Shown in pieces: positions 10,831-21,373 of a DNA stretch of 64,000 nucleotides. This DNA comes from Pelagomonas calceolata (taxonomy: Eukaryota). The stretch's first letter is position 1. Every line of letters begins with the position of its first letter. The notes under the pieces were generated by a model. It ran no database searches, had not been told where the DNA came from, and saw only the letters and a program-made list of their open reading frames with translations. A program made the translations under genes and the position numbers. The DNA is taken from assembly GCA_918797485.1 (NCBI GenBank), contig CAKKNE010000003.1, positions 2,480,001-2,544,000 on the forward strand, given 5' to 3'.

Positions 10831-12459
10831 ATGGCGGCGCCAGCGAGGATAAAGGGAACTTGCCTTAGCGGCCGGCGAAGACGCCGCGCCACGCTGGCGG
10901 CGGCCCCGGCGCTCGCCGCGGTGTTATTAGCGGCCCCCTGCGTCGGTTTGGTGCAGAACCACGCCCTGAACCACGCGAAGCCCGCGCGCGCCGCCGTATC
11001 GAGATCCTCGGCGCGGCCGGCGCGGCGCGCGCCGTGCATGACGGCCACCCGCCTACCGAGCCTGGCCTCGAACGTCCTGAAACTCAAGGACGAGGTCCTC
11101 AACCCCAAGCCCGACGCGAATGGCTGGTGTCTAGGGCGAGAGTCCGTAGAAAAGGCCCTCGAGGAAATGCGGAACGGCCGGCCCGTGGTCGTCACGGACG
11201 ATGGCGATAGAGAAAACGAGGGCGATTTGATCTTTGCGGCGGAGACCGTGTCCCAGCAGACGATGGCCTTTGTGGTCAGGCACACGTCGGGTGTCATATG
11301 CACGGCGATGTACGGTGAAGACTTGGACAGGCTCAAGCTGGGGCCGATGGTGTCGAAGAACGAAGATCCGAAGGGCACGGCCTTTGCGGTCACGGTCGAC
11401 CTTAAAGATGGTGTGACGACGGGTATTTCCGCCGGCGACCGAGCGAGGACGATCCGAGCTCTAGCCGACCCCTCAAGCAAACCGGGCCACTTCTGCCGCC
11501 CGGGCCACATCTTTCCGCTGAGAGCGCGGCCGGGCGGTGTCCTCGAGAGGGGTGGCCACACGGAGGCCGCCGTCGACATGGCCCGTTTGGCGGGCCTGCA
11601 CCCCGCGGGCGGGCTCTGCGAGATCGTACGGGATGAAGACGGCGAGATGTCCAGGTGGGATGATCTAGAAGTCTTCGCCAAGGAGCACGACCTAGCCTTT
11701 ACTACTATACAAGACTTGCGGACGTATCGGGAACAGGTACTTGGTGAGGCCGTGGAGGAACACGTGTTGAACGAGGCCCACGACGCCGTGGCTGAACGAC
11801 GCGTCGAACTAGGGAAGGCGACGAGGATGCCGACGTCCGCCGGCTTGTTCGATGCCGTCTGCGCGACCGACCGCGAGACCGGCCTCGAGCACATTGCCAT
11901 GCTCAAGGGCTATACGACCGATGCCTACTCCTACCTCCAGCGGGCCGACGCGGCGATGCCCGTCGACGGCGACTCCGGTGCTGCTGCTGAAGCTCCATTA
12001 GTGAGGTTACATAGCGAATGCGCGACCGGAGATATTTTTGGCAGTAGAAGGTGCGACTGCGGCGAGCAGCTGAAGGCGGGCTTGGAGGCTATTCAGGCCG
12101 CGGAAGCCGGCGTGCTCATTTATCTGCGGGGGCATGAGGGGCGAGGCATCGGCTTAGGTGCCAAATTAGAAGCTTACACGTTGCAGGACGAGGGTAGAGA
12201 TACGATCGAGGCGAACGAGGACCTGGGTCACCCCGTCGACGCGCGCGACTACGAGGCGGGTGCGGCGATCTTGCGGGACCTGGGCGTGTCGCGCGTGCGA
12301 TTACTGACGAACAACCCGGCGAAGTGCGAAGCCTTGGAGGAACTGGGCATCAAGGTCGTCGAGCGCATCCCGGTCGTGACGGAGCCGAACGAGGAGAACT
12401 ACAAGTACCTTTTGACCAAACAGAAGCGCATGGGGCATTTGCTTGGATTGACGCCCTAG
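10831..12459 (+). CDS. ribBA: Bifunctional DHBP synthase / GTP cyclohydrolase II with an N-terminal targeting leader
   Basis: DRENEGDL, TTGISAGDR, RPGHIFPL, GHTEA, then RLHSECATGD...RCDC, HEGRGIG, LLTNNP. Confidence 0.95.
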   Translation: MAAPARIKGTCLSGRRRRRATLAAAPALAAVLLAAPCVGLVQNHALNHAKPARAAVSRSSARPARRAPCMTATRLPSLASNVLKLKDEVLNPKPDANGWCLGRESVEKALEEMRNGRPVVVTDDGDRENEGDLIFAAETVSQQTMAFVVRHTSGVICTAMYGEDLDRLKLGPMVSKNEDPKGTAFAVTVDLKDGVTTGISAGDRARTIRALADPSSKPGHFCRPGHIFPLRARPGGVLERGGHTEAAVDMARLAGLHPAGGLCEIVRDEDGEMSRWDDLEVFAKEHDLAFTTIQDLRTYREQVLGEAVEEHVLNEAHDAVAERRVELGKATRMPTSAGLFDAVCATDRETGLEHIAMLKGYTTDAYSYLQRADAAMPVDGDSGAAAEAPLVRLHSECATGDIFGSRRCDCGEQLKAGLEAIQAAEAGVLIYLRGHEGRGIGLGAKLEAYTLQDEGRDTIEANEDLGHPVDARDYEAGAAILRDLGVSRVRLLTNNPAKCEALEELGIKVVERIPVVTEPNEENYKYLLTKQKRMGHLLGLTP

Positions 12460-12592
12460 ACTCCCTCCCCACTTATTGGTGTAAAAATCTTTCGTTACTT
12501 GCGGCTACTGCGCTCACAACATTGCGCCGATGGCGTATAGGGGGTAGATCACGTTCGAGGATTCCATTCGGCCATCGCGTGGTAGAAGTCCC

Positions 12593-13261
12593 TCAATACA
12601 AAAAGCATTCCCCGCCGTCGGCGTAGCATCTGCCGTGCGGCGCGACCTGCCACCACACCGGTTTGGCGAGGCACGTGCGCGCGTCTTTTTGCTTCCGCGC
12701 GAGGCCGAGGAAGAGGCGCGAGAGCTGGATGCAGTGGTCGAGCGACGCGGTCGCGAAGTGGTTGCAGCCCAGTTGTTTGTGGAGCGGCGCGGCGACGGCG
12801 TGCACCAGCGAGACTACTCCGGTCACGACCGCAATCCGCGCGTAGCAGAGGGCGTTCACGGCCTGGTGGCGCCATCGCGCCAGCAATTCGTGCGTCGGCG
12901 CGGCGGCGACGTCTCGGTATCTGTGACGGGCTGGGGCGACGCTCTTCGGCGTCGCAGCGACTTGCATGGACTCGTCCGCTCGGCGCACCCTGGGGCGCCG
13001 TCGTATCGAGGGCCGCGTCGGCAGCGTCGGAGCGATCTTGCGCGAAAACTGGCTGGCGCCAGCGCGTGCGCCGTTCGAGACTGGGGTCGGCGTCGCAACC
13101 GCAGTCGCTGCGCCGAGATCCACTGGAGTTCGCGACCGCTGCGGTCGTTGGGAGTGCAGCAAACCAAAGGCTGGCAGGCTCGGCGGCCCTTGGAAGGCTG
13201 ACACCGTCATGGCAAGGAGACACACGACGCGTCGGATGGTGCGGGTCATCGAACGCTGCAT
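12593..13261 (-). CDS. Hypothetical protein with a signal-peptide/VSA-F leader
   Basis: 222-aa ORF with VVCLLAMTVSAFQ leader; no recognised domain. Confidence 0.45.
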   Translation of the reverse strand: MQRSMTRTIRRVVCLLAMTVSAFQGPPSLPAFGLLHSQRPQRSRTPVDLGAATAVATPTPVSNGARAGASQFSRKIAPTLPTRPSIRRRPRVRRADESMQVAATPKSVAPARHRYRDVAAAPTHELLARWRHQAVNALCYARIAVVTGVVSLVHAVAAPLHKQLGCNHFATASLDHCIQLSRLFLGLARKQKDARTCLAKPVWWQVAPHGRCYADGGECFLY

Positions 13262-13668
13262 TCTTGGTTGTTGCGCTGATGGGCAGCGCTTTTTGCAAGT
13301 CCAACTTTTTTACAAGAGAGATGCTCTGCCTGCCAGGTGTCGCCCTAGCCACACGACTCAGCGTGTATCCTAGCCGTTAGAGAGTAGTCTGACGAGTAGG
13401 ATGCGCCCTACGGACGTGTCTCGTCGACTCGCGGTCTCAGCCTCCGTGTCTGCAGCCTGCTTTGTTGATGCCGGCGTACGCGACGTCCAGCAACGAACAA
13501 CTTGAAAGCAGCAATCGTGCAGGATCACCGTAGCACTCAAAGTCCAAATACGAAGCGATATCTGCAGCCATCGTGCAAGCAGTGAGATCGACAGCATTGC
13601 AGCCACTGTATCACCAAGCAGCCGCACGCCATCGCCGCATTGGTGCGCCAGCAAGCAATACATAAAAG

Positions 13669-14358
13669 ATGTGCACCCCACCAAAAGCGCCCGTCGTCGT
13701 CGAGGCCCCGAAGGACGCGGTCGAGCGCCGCGTGACCCCACCATTGTCCCCGAGGAGCCGCCTGCGCGTCACACGCGGCGAAGAAACAAGGATGCCGACG
13801 GCCCACGGCGACTTCGACGCGGTCTGCTACACGGAAACGAATTCGGGCCTCGAGCACCTCGTGCTGACGAGGGGCGACGTGAGCACTGCCCAAGCACCTT
13901 TAGCAAGGGTCCACAGCGAGTGCGCGACGGGTGATATATTTGGGAGCCGTCGATGTGATTGTGGGGAACAATTACAAAAGTCGCTCCAGTTAATTGCCGC
14001 GGCGGACGCGGGCGTCTTGATCTACCTGCGGGGCCAGGAGGGCCGGGGCATCGGTTTGAATGCGAAACTCACAGCCTACGCCTTACAAGATCAAGGTAGG
14101 GACACGATCGAGGCGAACGAGGACCAGGGTTTGCCGGTGGACGCGCGGCGCTACGACGCCGTCGCGCACATTTTGTCAGATCTGCGCGTCGATGCGGTTC
14201 GCTTGCTCACGAACAACCCGGCGAAGTGCGAGGCGCTCGAGGCGTTGGGGGTGCGGGTGCAGGAGCGCGTGCCCGTGCTCACGGCGCCGACGCCGGAGAA
14301 CTACAAATACCTGCGCACGAAGCAGGACCGCATGGGCCATCGGTTGGAGCTCGATTAA
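13669..14358 (+). CDS. ribA: Stand-alone GTP cyclohydrolase II
   Basis: RVHSECATGDIFGSRRCDCG, QEGRGIG, LLTNNP; closely similar to the C-terminal half of the adjacent ribBA. Confidence 0.93.
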   Translation: MCTPPKAPVVVEAPKDAVERRVTPPLSPRSRLRVTRGEETRMPTAHGDFDAVCYTETNSGLEHLVLTRGDVSTAQAPLARVHSECATGDIFGSRRCDCGEQLQKSLQLIAAADAGVLIYLRGQEGRGIGLNAKLTAYALQDQGRDTIEANEDQGLPVDARRYDAVAHILSDLRVDAVRLLTNNPAKCEALEALGVRVQERVPVLTAPTPENYKYLRTKQDRMGHRLELD

Positions 14359-14486
14359 TGTTCTAGACTAGATTTCGACGCCGCCGCCGCGACGCGATGG
14401 GAGTGTTTGTGTCGGGTCGCGGCGATGGCGTATGGGTGGCGCCAGATCGACGTCGGGACTCAGGCTAATATATTATGGACAACTAG

Positions 14487-15511
14487 CTAGAGCCCCTCGA
14501 CGAGCAGCTTCACGAGCAGCGCCTTCTGCGCGTGCAGTCTGTTTTCCGCCTGGTCGAAGACGATGGATTGAGGACCATCAATAACACTGGCAAGTTGCTC
14601 CTCGCCTCGGACCGCGGGCAGGCAGTTCATGAAGCTCGCACTGGTAGATGCTTTGCTCATCAACTCCGGCGTGACCTGGAAGGGCATGAGCGCCTTCATC
14701 CTACGGTCCCGTTCGGCCCCCTTGATGCCGTACGACATCCACGAGTCCGCATACACGATATCCGCGCCAGCTACGGCCTCTTCCGCCGTTTTGAGCACCG
14801 TGACCGTGCCGCCGTGCTCCTTCGTCAGAGCCGCGCATTCCTCGAGCACCGAAGGCTCGATCTCCCACTCGAAGCCCGTCGGGCCCGCGATGCGCACGTC
14901 CAGGCCCATCAGCGCGCCGGACCGCATCAAATCGTAGGTCACGTTGTTCTGGCAGTCGCCCACAAACGCCAGAGACTTGCCCGTCAATCCTTCGACGTCT
15001 CCATCGCACTTGTGCTCGACGATCGTCTGTAGGTCCGCGAGCATCTGCATCGGGTGCGCATAATCATCAAGCGCGTTGATGATCGGGATCGTCGAGTTCT
15101 CCGCGAGGCCCGTGACCTGCTCCCGCGACTTGACGCGCGCCGTAACGGCGTCGCACATCCGGGAGAGGACCGCGCCCGTGTCTTCGTAGGACTCCTTCTC
15201 GCCCACCGGCGAGTCGCCGGTCATGTACGCGATGCCGTGCCCGCCCAGCGACGTCATGCCTGTGTGAATCGAGCACGTCGATGGCGTGGGGCGTCCGAGT
15301 TTTGATTTCCACACGGAGTCGCGCCCGCCTCGAGCGAGACGCGCGTGCGCAGCGAAGGCTTCTCGAAGAACATGAGCAGCGTCCGCCGCTTGAGCGCGTC
15401 CCAGTAGTCCGCCGGCCGGGCCTTCATCTCGAGGGCAAGCTTGAGGACGCCCTTGATCTCCTTGGGGGAGAGGCTGGAGATCTTGGTGACATGGCGCAGG
15501 GCGGGGGTCAT
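14487..15511 (-). CDS. argF: Ornithine carbamoyltransferase, 2 exons (15511-15325, 15259-14487)
   Basis: FEKPSLRTR, HPMQMLAD, NNV, D.WMS, CLP, QAENRLH; 65-nt GC-AG intron joins the frames. Confidence 0.93.
15260..15324 (-). mobile_element. Introner-type intron (GC-AG), degenerate
   Basis: TIR remnants CCGTGTGGAAATC / GATTCACACAG; flanking 8-mers GCGCGACT vs GCATGACG (5/8). Confidence 0.75.
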
Positions 15512-15624
15512 CTTGCGGCGCCGGTCTCAGGTGGCTGTGCAATGCTTTTTCTGCACGAATTGGAGCTTCTCGTCGCGGATCCCTTGAAGCAAAACGTACC
15601 AAGTCTGCGAGTGAGATGACGCTT

Positions 15625-15644
15625 GCTAGTGTCTCACAGCTAGC
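15625..15644 (+). promoter_or_regulatory. CTAG dyad element copy 1
   Basis: GCTAGTGTCTCACAGCTAGC in a divergent intergenic region. Confidence 0.6.
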
Positions 15645-15902
15645 TCCGAGGATCATTTTCAGAACTTTGAAGAACTCTCTTGCACCCGCGAGACCCTTTA
15701 CGGCAGGTACAAGGTCACCGCGTGCGAGCCCCTCGAAGCCCTGTTCAGAGAGCTTGGCTTTCAAAGCTAATTTACTACACCCTTGGCGCGTGATACCACG
15801 CAAGGATTGGTGGTTGAAAAGCAGTCCCGCTGTCCTATCAAGCTGTGCCATTCAAAGCTCGGCGTGATTTCGCGGCAGTGTGCCAAACACAGCATTCATA
15901 TC

Positions 15903-16951
15903 ATGGGCTGGATTTTAAACCTGTGGTGCGCGCTCGCATTCATCAGCAGTGCCGCCGCCCTGTCAGTGACGCGCGACGCCGCCGTCGTCGTCCCAGGATT
16001 TTTGGAGGGTGCAGCGGAATTCGTCGGCGTCGCGGAGGCGCTGCGGCGGCGCGGCATCGCGGCGACGGTGGCGCCGATCCACCGCTGGCACTGGATTCCG
16101 TGTTTGGGCGGCCGGTCCGTGCGACCGATCCTCGCGCGTATTGATCACGCTTGTGCTTACGCGACGACGGCCGAGGAATTGGACGTCGTCGCGCCATTTC
16201 CCGATTACTCGGCGGCAGATCTCGTCAGCGACTTCGTGAACAATCCCGGAGGCGTTTTGAAGGCCGGCGGCTCGGCAGATCCGGACGAGTTCCCGTACGT
16301 CGAGCCGCGCGGGAGCTTCGGCGCCTTCAACGGCCGCGAGCGGCGGCGCGGCTGCAGCATCGTCGGCCACAGCGCCGCGGGCTGGATCTCGCGCATCTAC
16401 CTGAGCGAGGAGAAGTACGGCGGCCACTCGCACCGCGGGCTGGCCCGGGGCGTCCGACGGCTCGTGACGCTGGGCTCTCCGCACGCCGCTTCGGACGGCG
16501 TCGCGTTTGCCAACGTGGCGTGGGCGCGGCGGCAGCCATCACCCGTCAAAGCTCTCGCGGTCGCGGGCGCCGGCTTTCGAGGCGACGACTCCGGATCATT
16601 CACGCGGGACTCGTACGAGTGAGTGACGCGGCGTCCATGCGACATGTCTTCTTGAGGCCATCAACGCGGCGCCATCGACGCGAGGCCATCGACGCGGCGC
16701 TATAGACGCGACGCCACCGCAGGTTCTGCGGCCTTTCCAAAGCAGAAGCGGCAACGGCCGACGGTGACGGCGTCACGCCGCTCAGCTCCGCCCTGGACTT
16801 CGAGGGCGCGGAACGGCTCACCCTCGCCGGAACGACGATCCACGCTGCGAAGCTGCCGTCGTTCCTGTCGCCCGAGCTCGCCGAATCCGACGCGCAGTGG
16901 TACGGCGACGAGGCGAGGATAGACGAGTGGGCTAGGTTTCTTGTGGACTAA
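15903..16951 (+). CDS. Alpha/beta hydrolase (PGAP1/lipase-like), 2 exons (15903-16618, 16723-16951)
   Basis: Signal peptide, VPGFL, GHSAAG, LVTLGSPH, GDGVTP; intron 16619-16722 GTGAGT...CGCAG. Confidence 0.85.
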
Positions 16952-16966
16952 TCATTTCACAAATTC

Positions 16967-18112
16967 TTAGAACACGACATAGCTCCCCGGATGACCCCAA
17001 TATTCGACGATGATGTCGCCGATCTCCGCGGGAACACGATGACCGACGATGCGCTGGACGATGGTCGTGAGAGCGCGCAGCTGGTCGCGCTCGTATTCCT
17101 CGTATGCAGCAAATCTGCAAGCACCGCGGCTCACTAATTTACCGCATTCTGCGCATCGCTTGCGGTGCTTGCTGATTTGCGGCTCACTAGTAATCAGGGC
17201 GTCGACTGAGCGAGCAAAACGATCGCGATCCTCGGAGGCAGTCTCGCCCGGGCGCACGAAAAACTGCGCGTCAACAGCTGCTTTGCGGATTCGGTTGAGA
17301 TATTCGACGTTGATGCACAGGGCGTCTCGGTCTATCGAGTAGAATGCCCAGTGCACACAGCACGGTTCGGCGCGGAACAACAAATGGAGCCCTCGGGGGC
17401 TCCCTTCGCACATCGCAGCCTCAACAACATCGCTAGTCAATTCTGCGCCCGCGGCGAGGAGGGTCTCGATGCATTTGGGGGTCTTGTTCTCCGCAGCGAA
17501 TTCCAGCGGCGCACAATCTTCGTTGTCTTTAGCATTAACGTCGCTACCGGCTGCGATGAGTAATTTACAGATGGCTACATTGTTATGGCGCGCCGCGTGG
17601 TGAAGTGCCGTCATGCCCTCGGCACTTTTCGCGTTCGGGTCGGCACCATGTTCTAGCAAGCTCGTCACCACGCTCGCACCGTGCTTAACATTTTCGACTG
17701 TGGCGTGGAACAGCGGCGTCCAATCGAGCCATTTGGACCGCGCATTTGGATCGGCGCCCGCCTCGAGCAACGCCACGACGAAGTCTAGGCGATCAGGAAC
17801 AGCATAATGCAACAGCGCACCGCGAGTCCGGCCTTCGCTCGCCGAGGCGATGCCTGGCCGTAAACGTAGCATATGTTTGAGCGCCTTGCGTCCGCGTGGC
17901 CATATTGACAACATTTCAATACATCTGCCATACTCTTGGTCGTCGAATTCTCTCAGGGCGCATCGCGCCAATCCCTGCATCGTCCGGCGGTCGTCCAATC
18001 CCCGCGGCGTCCAATCCCTGTTTTTGCGAATCTTATCCTTCAGAAATCTAACAATTGCTAAGCCTTTATTCTGCGAAATTTTCCGCCATTTATCCTTGAG
18101 AGAGCTCACCAT
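16967..18112 (-). CDS. Ankyrin-repeat protein
   Basis: LLEAGADPNA, TPLFHA, TALHHAA, LIAAGSDVNAKD repeats. Confidence 0.8.
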   Translation of the reverse strand: MVSSLKDKWRKISQNKGLAIVRFLKDKIRKNRDWTPRGLDDRRTMQGLARCALREFDDQEYGRCIEMLSIWPRGRKALKHMLRLRPGIASASEGRTRGALLHYAVPDRLDFVVALLEAGADPNARSKWLDWTPLFHATVENVKHGASVVTSLLEHGADPNAKSAEGMTALHHAARHNNVAICKLLIAAGSDVNAKDNEDCAPLEFAAENKTPKCIETLLAAGAELTSDVVEAAMCEGSPRGLHLLFRAEPCCVHWAFYSIDRDALCINVEYLNRIRKAAVDAQFFVRPGETASEDRDRFARSVDALITSEPQISKHRKRCAECGKLVSRGACRFAAYEEYERDQLRALTTIVQRIVGHRVPAEIGDIIVEYWGHPGSYVVF

Positions 18113-18263
18113 GGTCTCACAGCTTGTCCACCACAAACATCCGGCAGACGAGCCGAAGCGATGGAATTGATGCTCAGCTGGATTGCTGCGGCGCTGTAGA
18201 CCGCCCGAAAGACGGAAACACGCGGCAGCAAGCAAGCTGCGTCGCAAACCGCGGAGCGAGCTA

Positions 18264-18285
18264 GCTAGTGTACACAGATACTAGC
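18264..18285 (+). promoter_or_regulatory. CTAG dyad element copy 2
   Basis: GCTAGTGTACACAGATACTAGC, divergent intergenic. Confidence 0.6.
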
Positions 18286-18514
18286 GCAGCGCTCCGCGCT
18301 TGCAATTATTGTTAGCCGCAAAAGAGCTCAGTGACGGGCCTCGGGGCGCGTGGTTACTCGCATTTATATAATTGAATAACCAGTCGTCGCTTCCACGTCT
18401 CGGGCGTGCTGCCACATACCCGGGACAGCGCCACAGCAGTGCTCCAGCGCCAAGAAGAAGCCGTGCTCCCGGAGACCGCCGTAGGGAGACGGGACCGTAC
18501 CGCAGTGCCGGTGA

Positions 18515-19357
18515 ATGGGCTGCACCACCTCGACCATGGGCAACGACGTAGCCAAGATGGCCGGCCTCGGCCCGCCGACCAACAAGACGGGCTCGAGCGT
18601 CGTGCGGAAGAAGGTCGAGCGCGCGTCCAAGACTGGTGTCCTATCCCTGACGGAGCACAAGCTCGAGGCCGTGCCGAAGATCGTCTGCGAGCAGCTCGGC
18701 GGGAGTGCCTCGCGACTGCGAACTTTGGACCTGTCTCGCAACAAACTTGATAAGCTACCGGAGCAGTGGAATTTTCCCAAACTCACAACCTGCAACCTCT
18801 CGCAGAACCGATTGACGCGCCTCCCGGAACTTGGTCAAGCTCTAAAAAAGCTCGACGCGAGTGAAAACCGCCTGACGGACGTCGTCAGTTGTTTGACGAA
18901 CGCGGAGGCGCACCTTGAAGAATTATCATTGTCGAAGAATCCGTCCCTGGGCACGGGCAACCTCTGGCCCGCCGTCGCGCTGCTCACGCGGTTGACTTTG
19001 TTGGATGTGTGCGGCTGCGGCCTCCGCTCTCTGTTAGATGGCTCCTTCTCCCTCCCTGAATTAGTTGACCTGCGGGCCGACGACAACCTCATCGAGGCGG
19101 TCGATATTGCGACGAAGGCGCCTGCATTACGACGGTTATCCCTCGCGCGGAATCGTTTGCAAGCACAGGGCATCGCGACGTCACTATTACGCCTATCAAG
19201 TTTATCGCACCTGGACCTGCAGGGCAACCCTCTCACAAAAAGGCAGTTCCTCGACGTGCCGGGCTGCGACGACTTTTTGAAACGAAGAGAAGAGCACCGG
19301 AAGAAGCAGGGCGGCGAATTTGCCGAAATGGGCGTCTGCGGCCTCGACGACCAGTAA
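18515..19357 (+). CDS. Leucine-rich repeat protein, LRRC57-like
   Basis: ERASKTGVLSL, LRTLDLSRNKL, LDLQGNP, C-terminal basic tail; MG start. Confidence 0.8.
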   Translation: MGCTTSTMGNDVAKMAGLGPPTNKTGSSVVRKKVERASKTGVLSLTEHKLEAVPKIVCEQLGGSASRLRTLDLSRNKLDKLPEQWNFPKLTTCNLSQNRLTRLPELGQALKKLDASENRLTDVVSCLTNAEAHLEELSLSKNPSLGTGNLWPAVALLTRLTLLDVCGCGLRSLLDGSFSLPELVDLRADDNLIEAVDIATKAPALRRLSLARNRLQAQGIATSLLRLSSLSHLDLQGNPLTKRQFLDVPGCDDFLKRREEHRKKQGGEFAEMGVCGLDDQ

Positions 19358-19816
19358 GTAGCTAGTGTTTTAATCGCGGCGGCGCAGGCGGTGTTCGTGG
19401 CTCGCGTCGCGGCGACGGCGTCGGGGCGGCGAGAGAGACGCGGCGACGGCGTCCAGAGGGCGTCATCCGATGTAGTAATGCCAGTGGATGAAGAAACATC
19501 AATTACGTCAAGGGGGGAAGGTAGTATAACCAGAATAGCAGGAAAGGAGAGGAAGGTATGTTCGCGCACCACTAGAGGTGCCACAGCAGCGGCCCGTGGC
19601 CGTGGATCGCCCGGCGCCCCGCATGGCCGACGTCCCTCGAAATGTCCTTCGCGAAGTGGCCGTCGGCGTTGAAGATGCGCAGGCGGCTCCACTCCGAGTC
19701 CACATCTAAATTCTGCCAGTCGACGTTCGCCAGCTTCTTCCGGAAGTAGGCGCTCAGGTCGCACTTTTGGTTTTTGCAGTCGCGCTCGTAACCCTGAAAT
19801 GTAGGTCGACTCACTT

Positions 19817-19840
19817 GCTAGTGTCTTACAGACCGCTAGC
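19817..19840 (+). promoter_or_regulatory. CTAG dyad element copy 3
   Basis: GCTAGTGTCTTACAGACCGCTAGC. Confidence 0.65.
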
Positions 19841-19983
19841 GAACGTGATGGCGCGCATCGATCGACTCATGCGAGCACCCAGGCGCGCGCGCGCGCGCGC
19901 GACTTTAACGCTCCGCGCGCGGGGCCCGGACGCGACGGCCCCGTAGTACGCCATCGCCGCGAAGCTACCTACAAAAACCAATC

Positions 19984-21162
19984 TTAGAGCGTGAACGCCG
20001 GCACCTCCTCGCCCCGCTCCCGAGCCTTATCCTCGGCCGCCGTCGAGAACGCACTGAGGGCATTCAACGCCTTGGCCGCCGTCCGCACCGGTTTTAATTT
20101 TCTACGAGTAATCTCCGCCAGCCGTTGATCATAATACTCCTGCTTTTCATTTTGTTCTCGATCAAAAGAGTTCAACAAAGCCAGTCGCGCATTATCCAAA
20201 TTCACGCGCCGGCCCTCGGTGGGCATGTGTAGGTGAAGCGTGCGAGCAGCCAGAATCTTTTTCAATTTGTCGGCCCAGGCTTCATAGGCTTCGGCTGACG
20301 TTAACGACGACCCTTCACTGACCACCCTCGATAAAGAGGGCAATGTCACCACACCGCGCTGCACCGCCCAGCGCGTAATTATGACAGACGGCTCCACGTC
20401 CATTTCTGATTGTAACTCTCTAAATTTCCCCACCTCCTCAGTACTTATCTTGTGCTCCGACGTATCTAACATACCAAGCAACTCGATGCCGTGCGCCTGG
20501 CACCACGTGACCGTCCTCGTCTTTGGCGCGGAGATGTCCATCTCTATGAGATTGAAGACCGGCCGCTCATGTTCCGAGACGTCCTCCACGACCCTTTCGA
20601 GCTGCCAGGCATCGAGCAACTCCGTGCCGAGCCATCGAACTCGATCAGGAACTAGTTTCTTATGTAGTGCTTTCCAGGTCCTCAAGAATAGCTTCTTCTG
20701 TCGTCGGCAGTCGGGCCCCGTGTGGTTCGGATCGTGAGGCGCGTCCTCCGACGCTTCGGGCCACGGCACACATAGACCATCCAATTTTTCGACCCCGAGA
20801 TGATCCATGATTCTTGTGGTCTCTAGTATTGCCCGATCGGAACCTCTATGACAATCATCGGACAACCTCGCCACCAGTATCAATTCTGAGCGAGATGGAG
20901 GCGGCGGCCGATTCGCCAATGGACTATCGGCAGGCACATCCCGCTCTTCCGGATGCAACACATGCCGCACGGCACCCTCGGCGCCGCGGTCAATCAAGAC
21001 CAACCTATATCGACATTCATCCGACAGCGCCAATCGCAGCGCCTCGGCGACGGCCGCCTCGGACTGTTTTGCGTGTACTCTGCCCGGCGCCTCGGCGCGG
21101 AAGCCCACTCTCGCGTGCTCCGTGAAGCGCGATCGTTTGGAAGTGAAGCCCATGGCCCACAT
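19984..21162 (-). CDS. Divergent aldo/keto reductase-like protein
   Basis: HLGVEKLDGLCVPWP, TWKAL, VRWLG, ITRWAVQRGVVTLP resemble the AKR barrel; start uncertain. Confidence 0.6.
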   Translation of the reverse strand: MWAMGFTSKRSRFTEHARVGFRAEAPGRVHAKQSEAAVAEALRLALSDECRYRLVLIDRGAEGAVRHVLHPEERDVPADSPLANRPPPPSRSELILVARLSDDCHRGSDRAILETTRIMDHLGVEKLDGLCVPWPEASEDAPHDPNHTGPDCRRQKKLFLRTWKALHKKLVPDRVRWLGTELLDAWQLERVVEDVSEHERPVFNLIEMDISAPKTRTVTWCQAHGIELLGMLDTSEHKISTEEVGKFRELQSEMDVEPSVIITRWAVQRGVVTLPSLSRVVSEGSSLTSAEAYEAWADKLKKILAARTLHLHMPTEGRRVNLDNARLALLNSFDREQNEKQEYYDQRLAEITRRKLKPVRTAAKALNALSAFSTAAEDKARERGEEVPAFTL

Positions 21163-21349
21163 GGTTTTGGTGCCGTCTCCTGCGGCGCGTCGATGGCGTC
21201 TGGCTACTCCCACACGGCAGCCTGTAAGGGAGCCGGCGCGTCGCGGCCCACAAGGCGAAAGTGCTCCGGCCTTGGTCTGGATCTACCGGTGGGCTGCCCT
21301 ATCTATCGTTTCGTAGTCGTGCAACGCCCGGTTTGGCAGCCCCAAAAGT

Positions 21350-21373
21350 GCTAGTGTGTGTCGATACGCTAGC
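21350..21373 (+). promoter_or_regulatory. CTAG dyad element copy 4
   Basis: GCTAGTGTGTGTCGATACGCTAGC, divergent intergenic. Confidence 0.65.

Noticed and set aside
10812..11906. Long antisense ORFs (also 2724-3776, 55762-56865, 62586-63275 and others)
   Set aside because: Shadow frames of high-GC real genes with no domain signal
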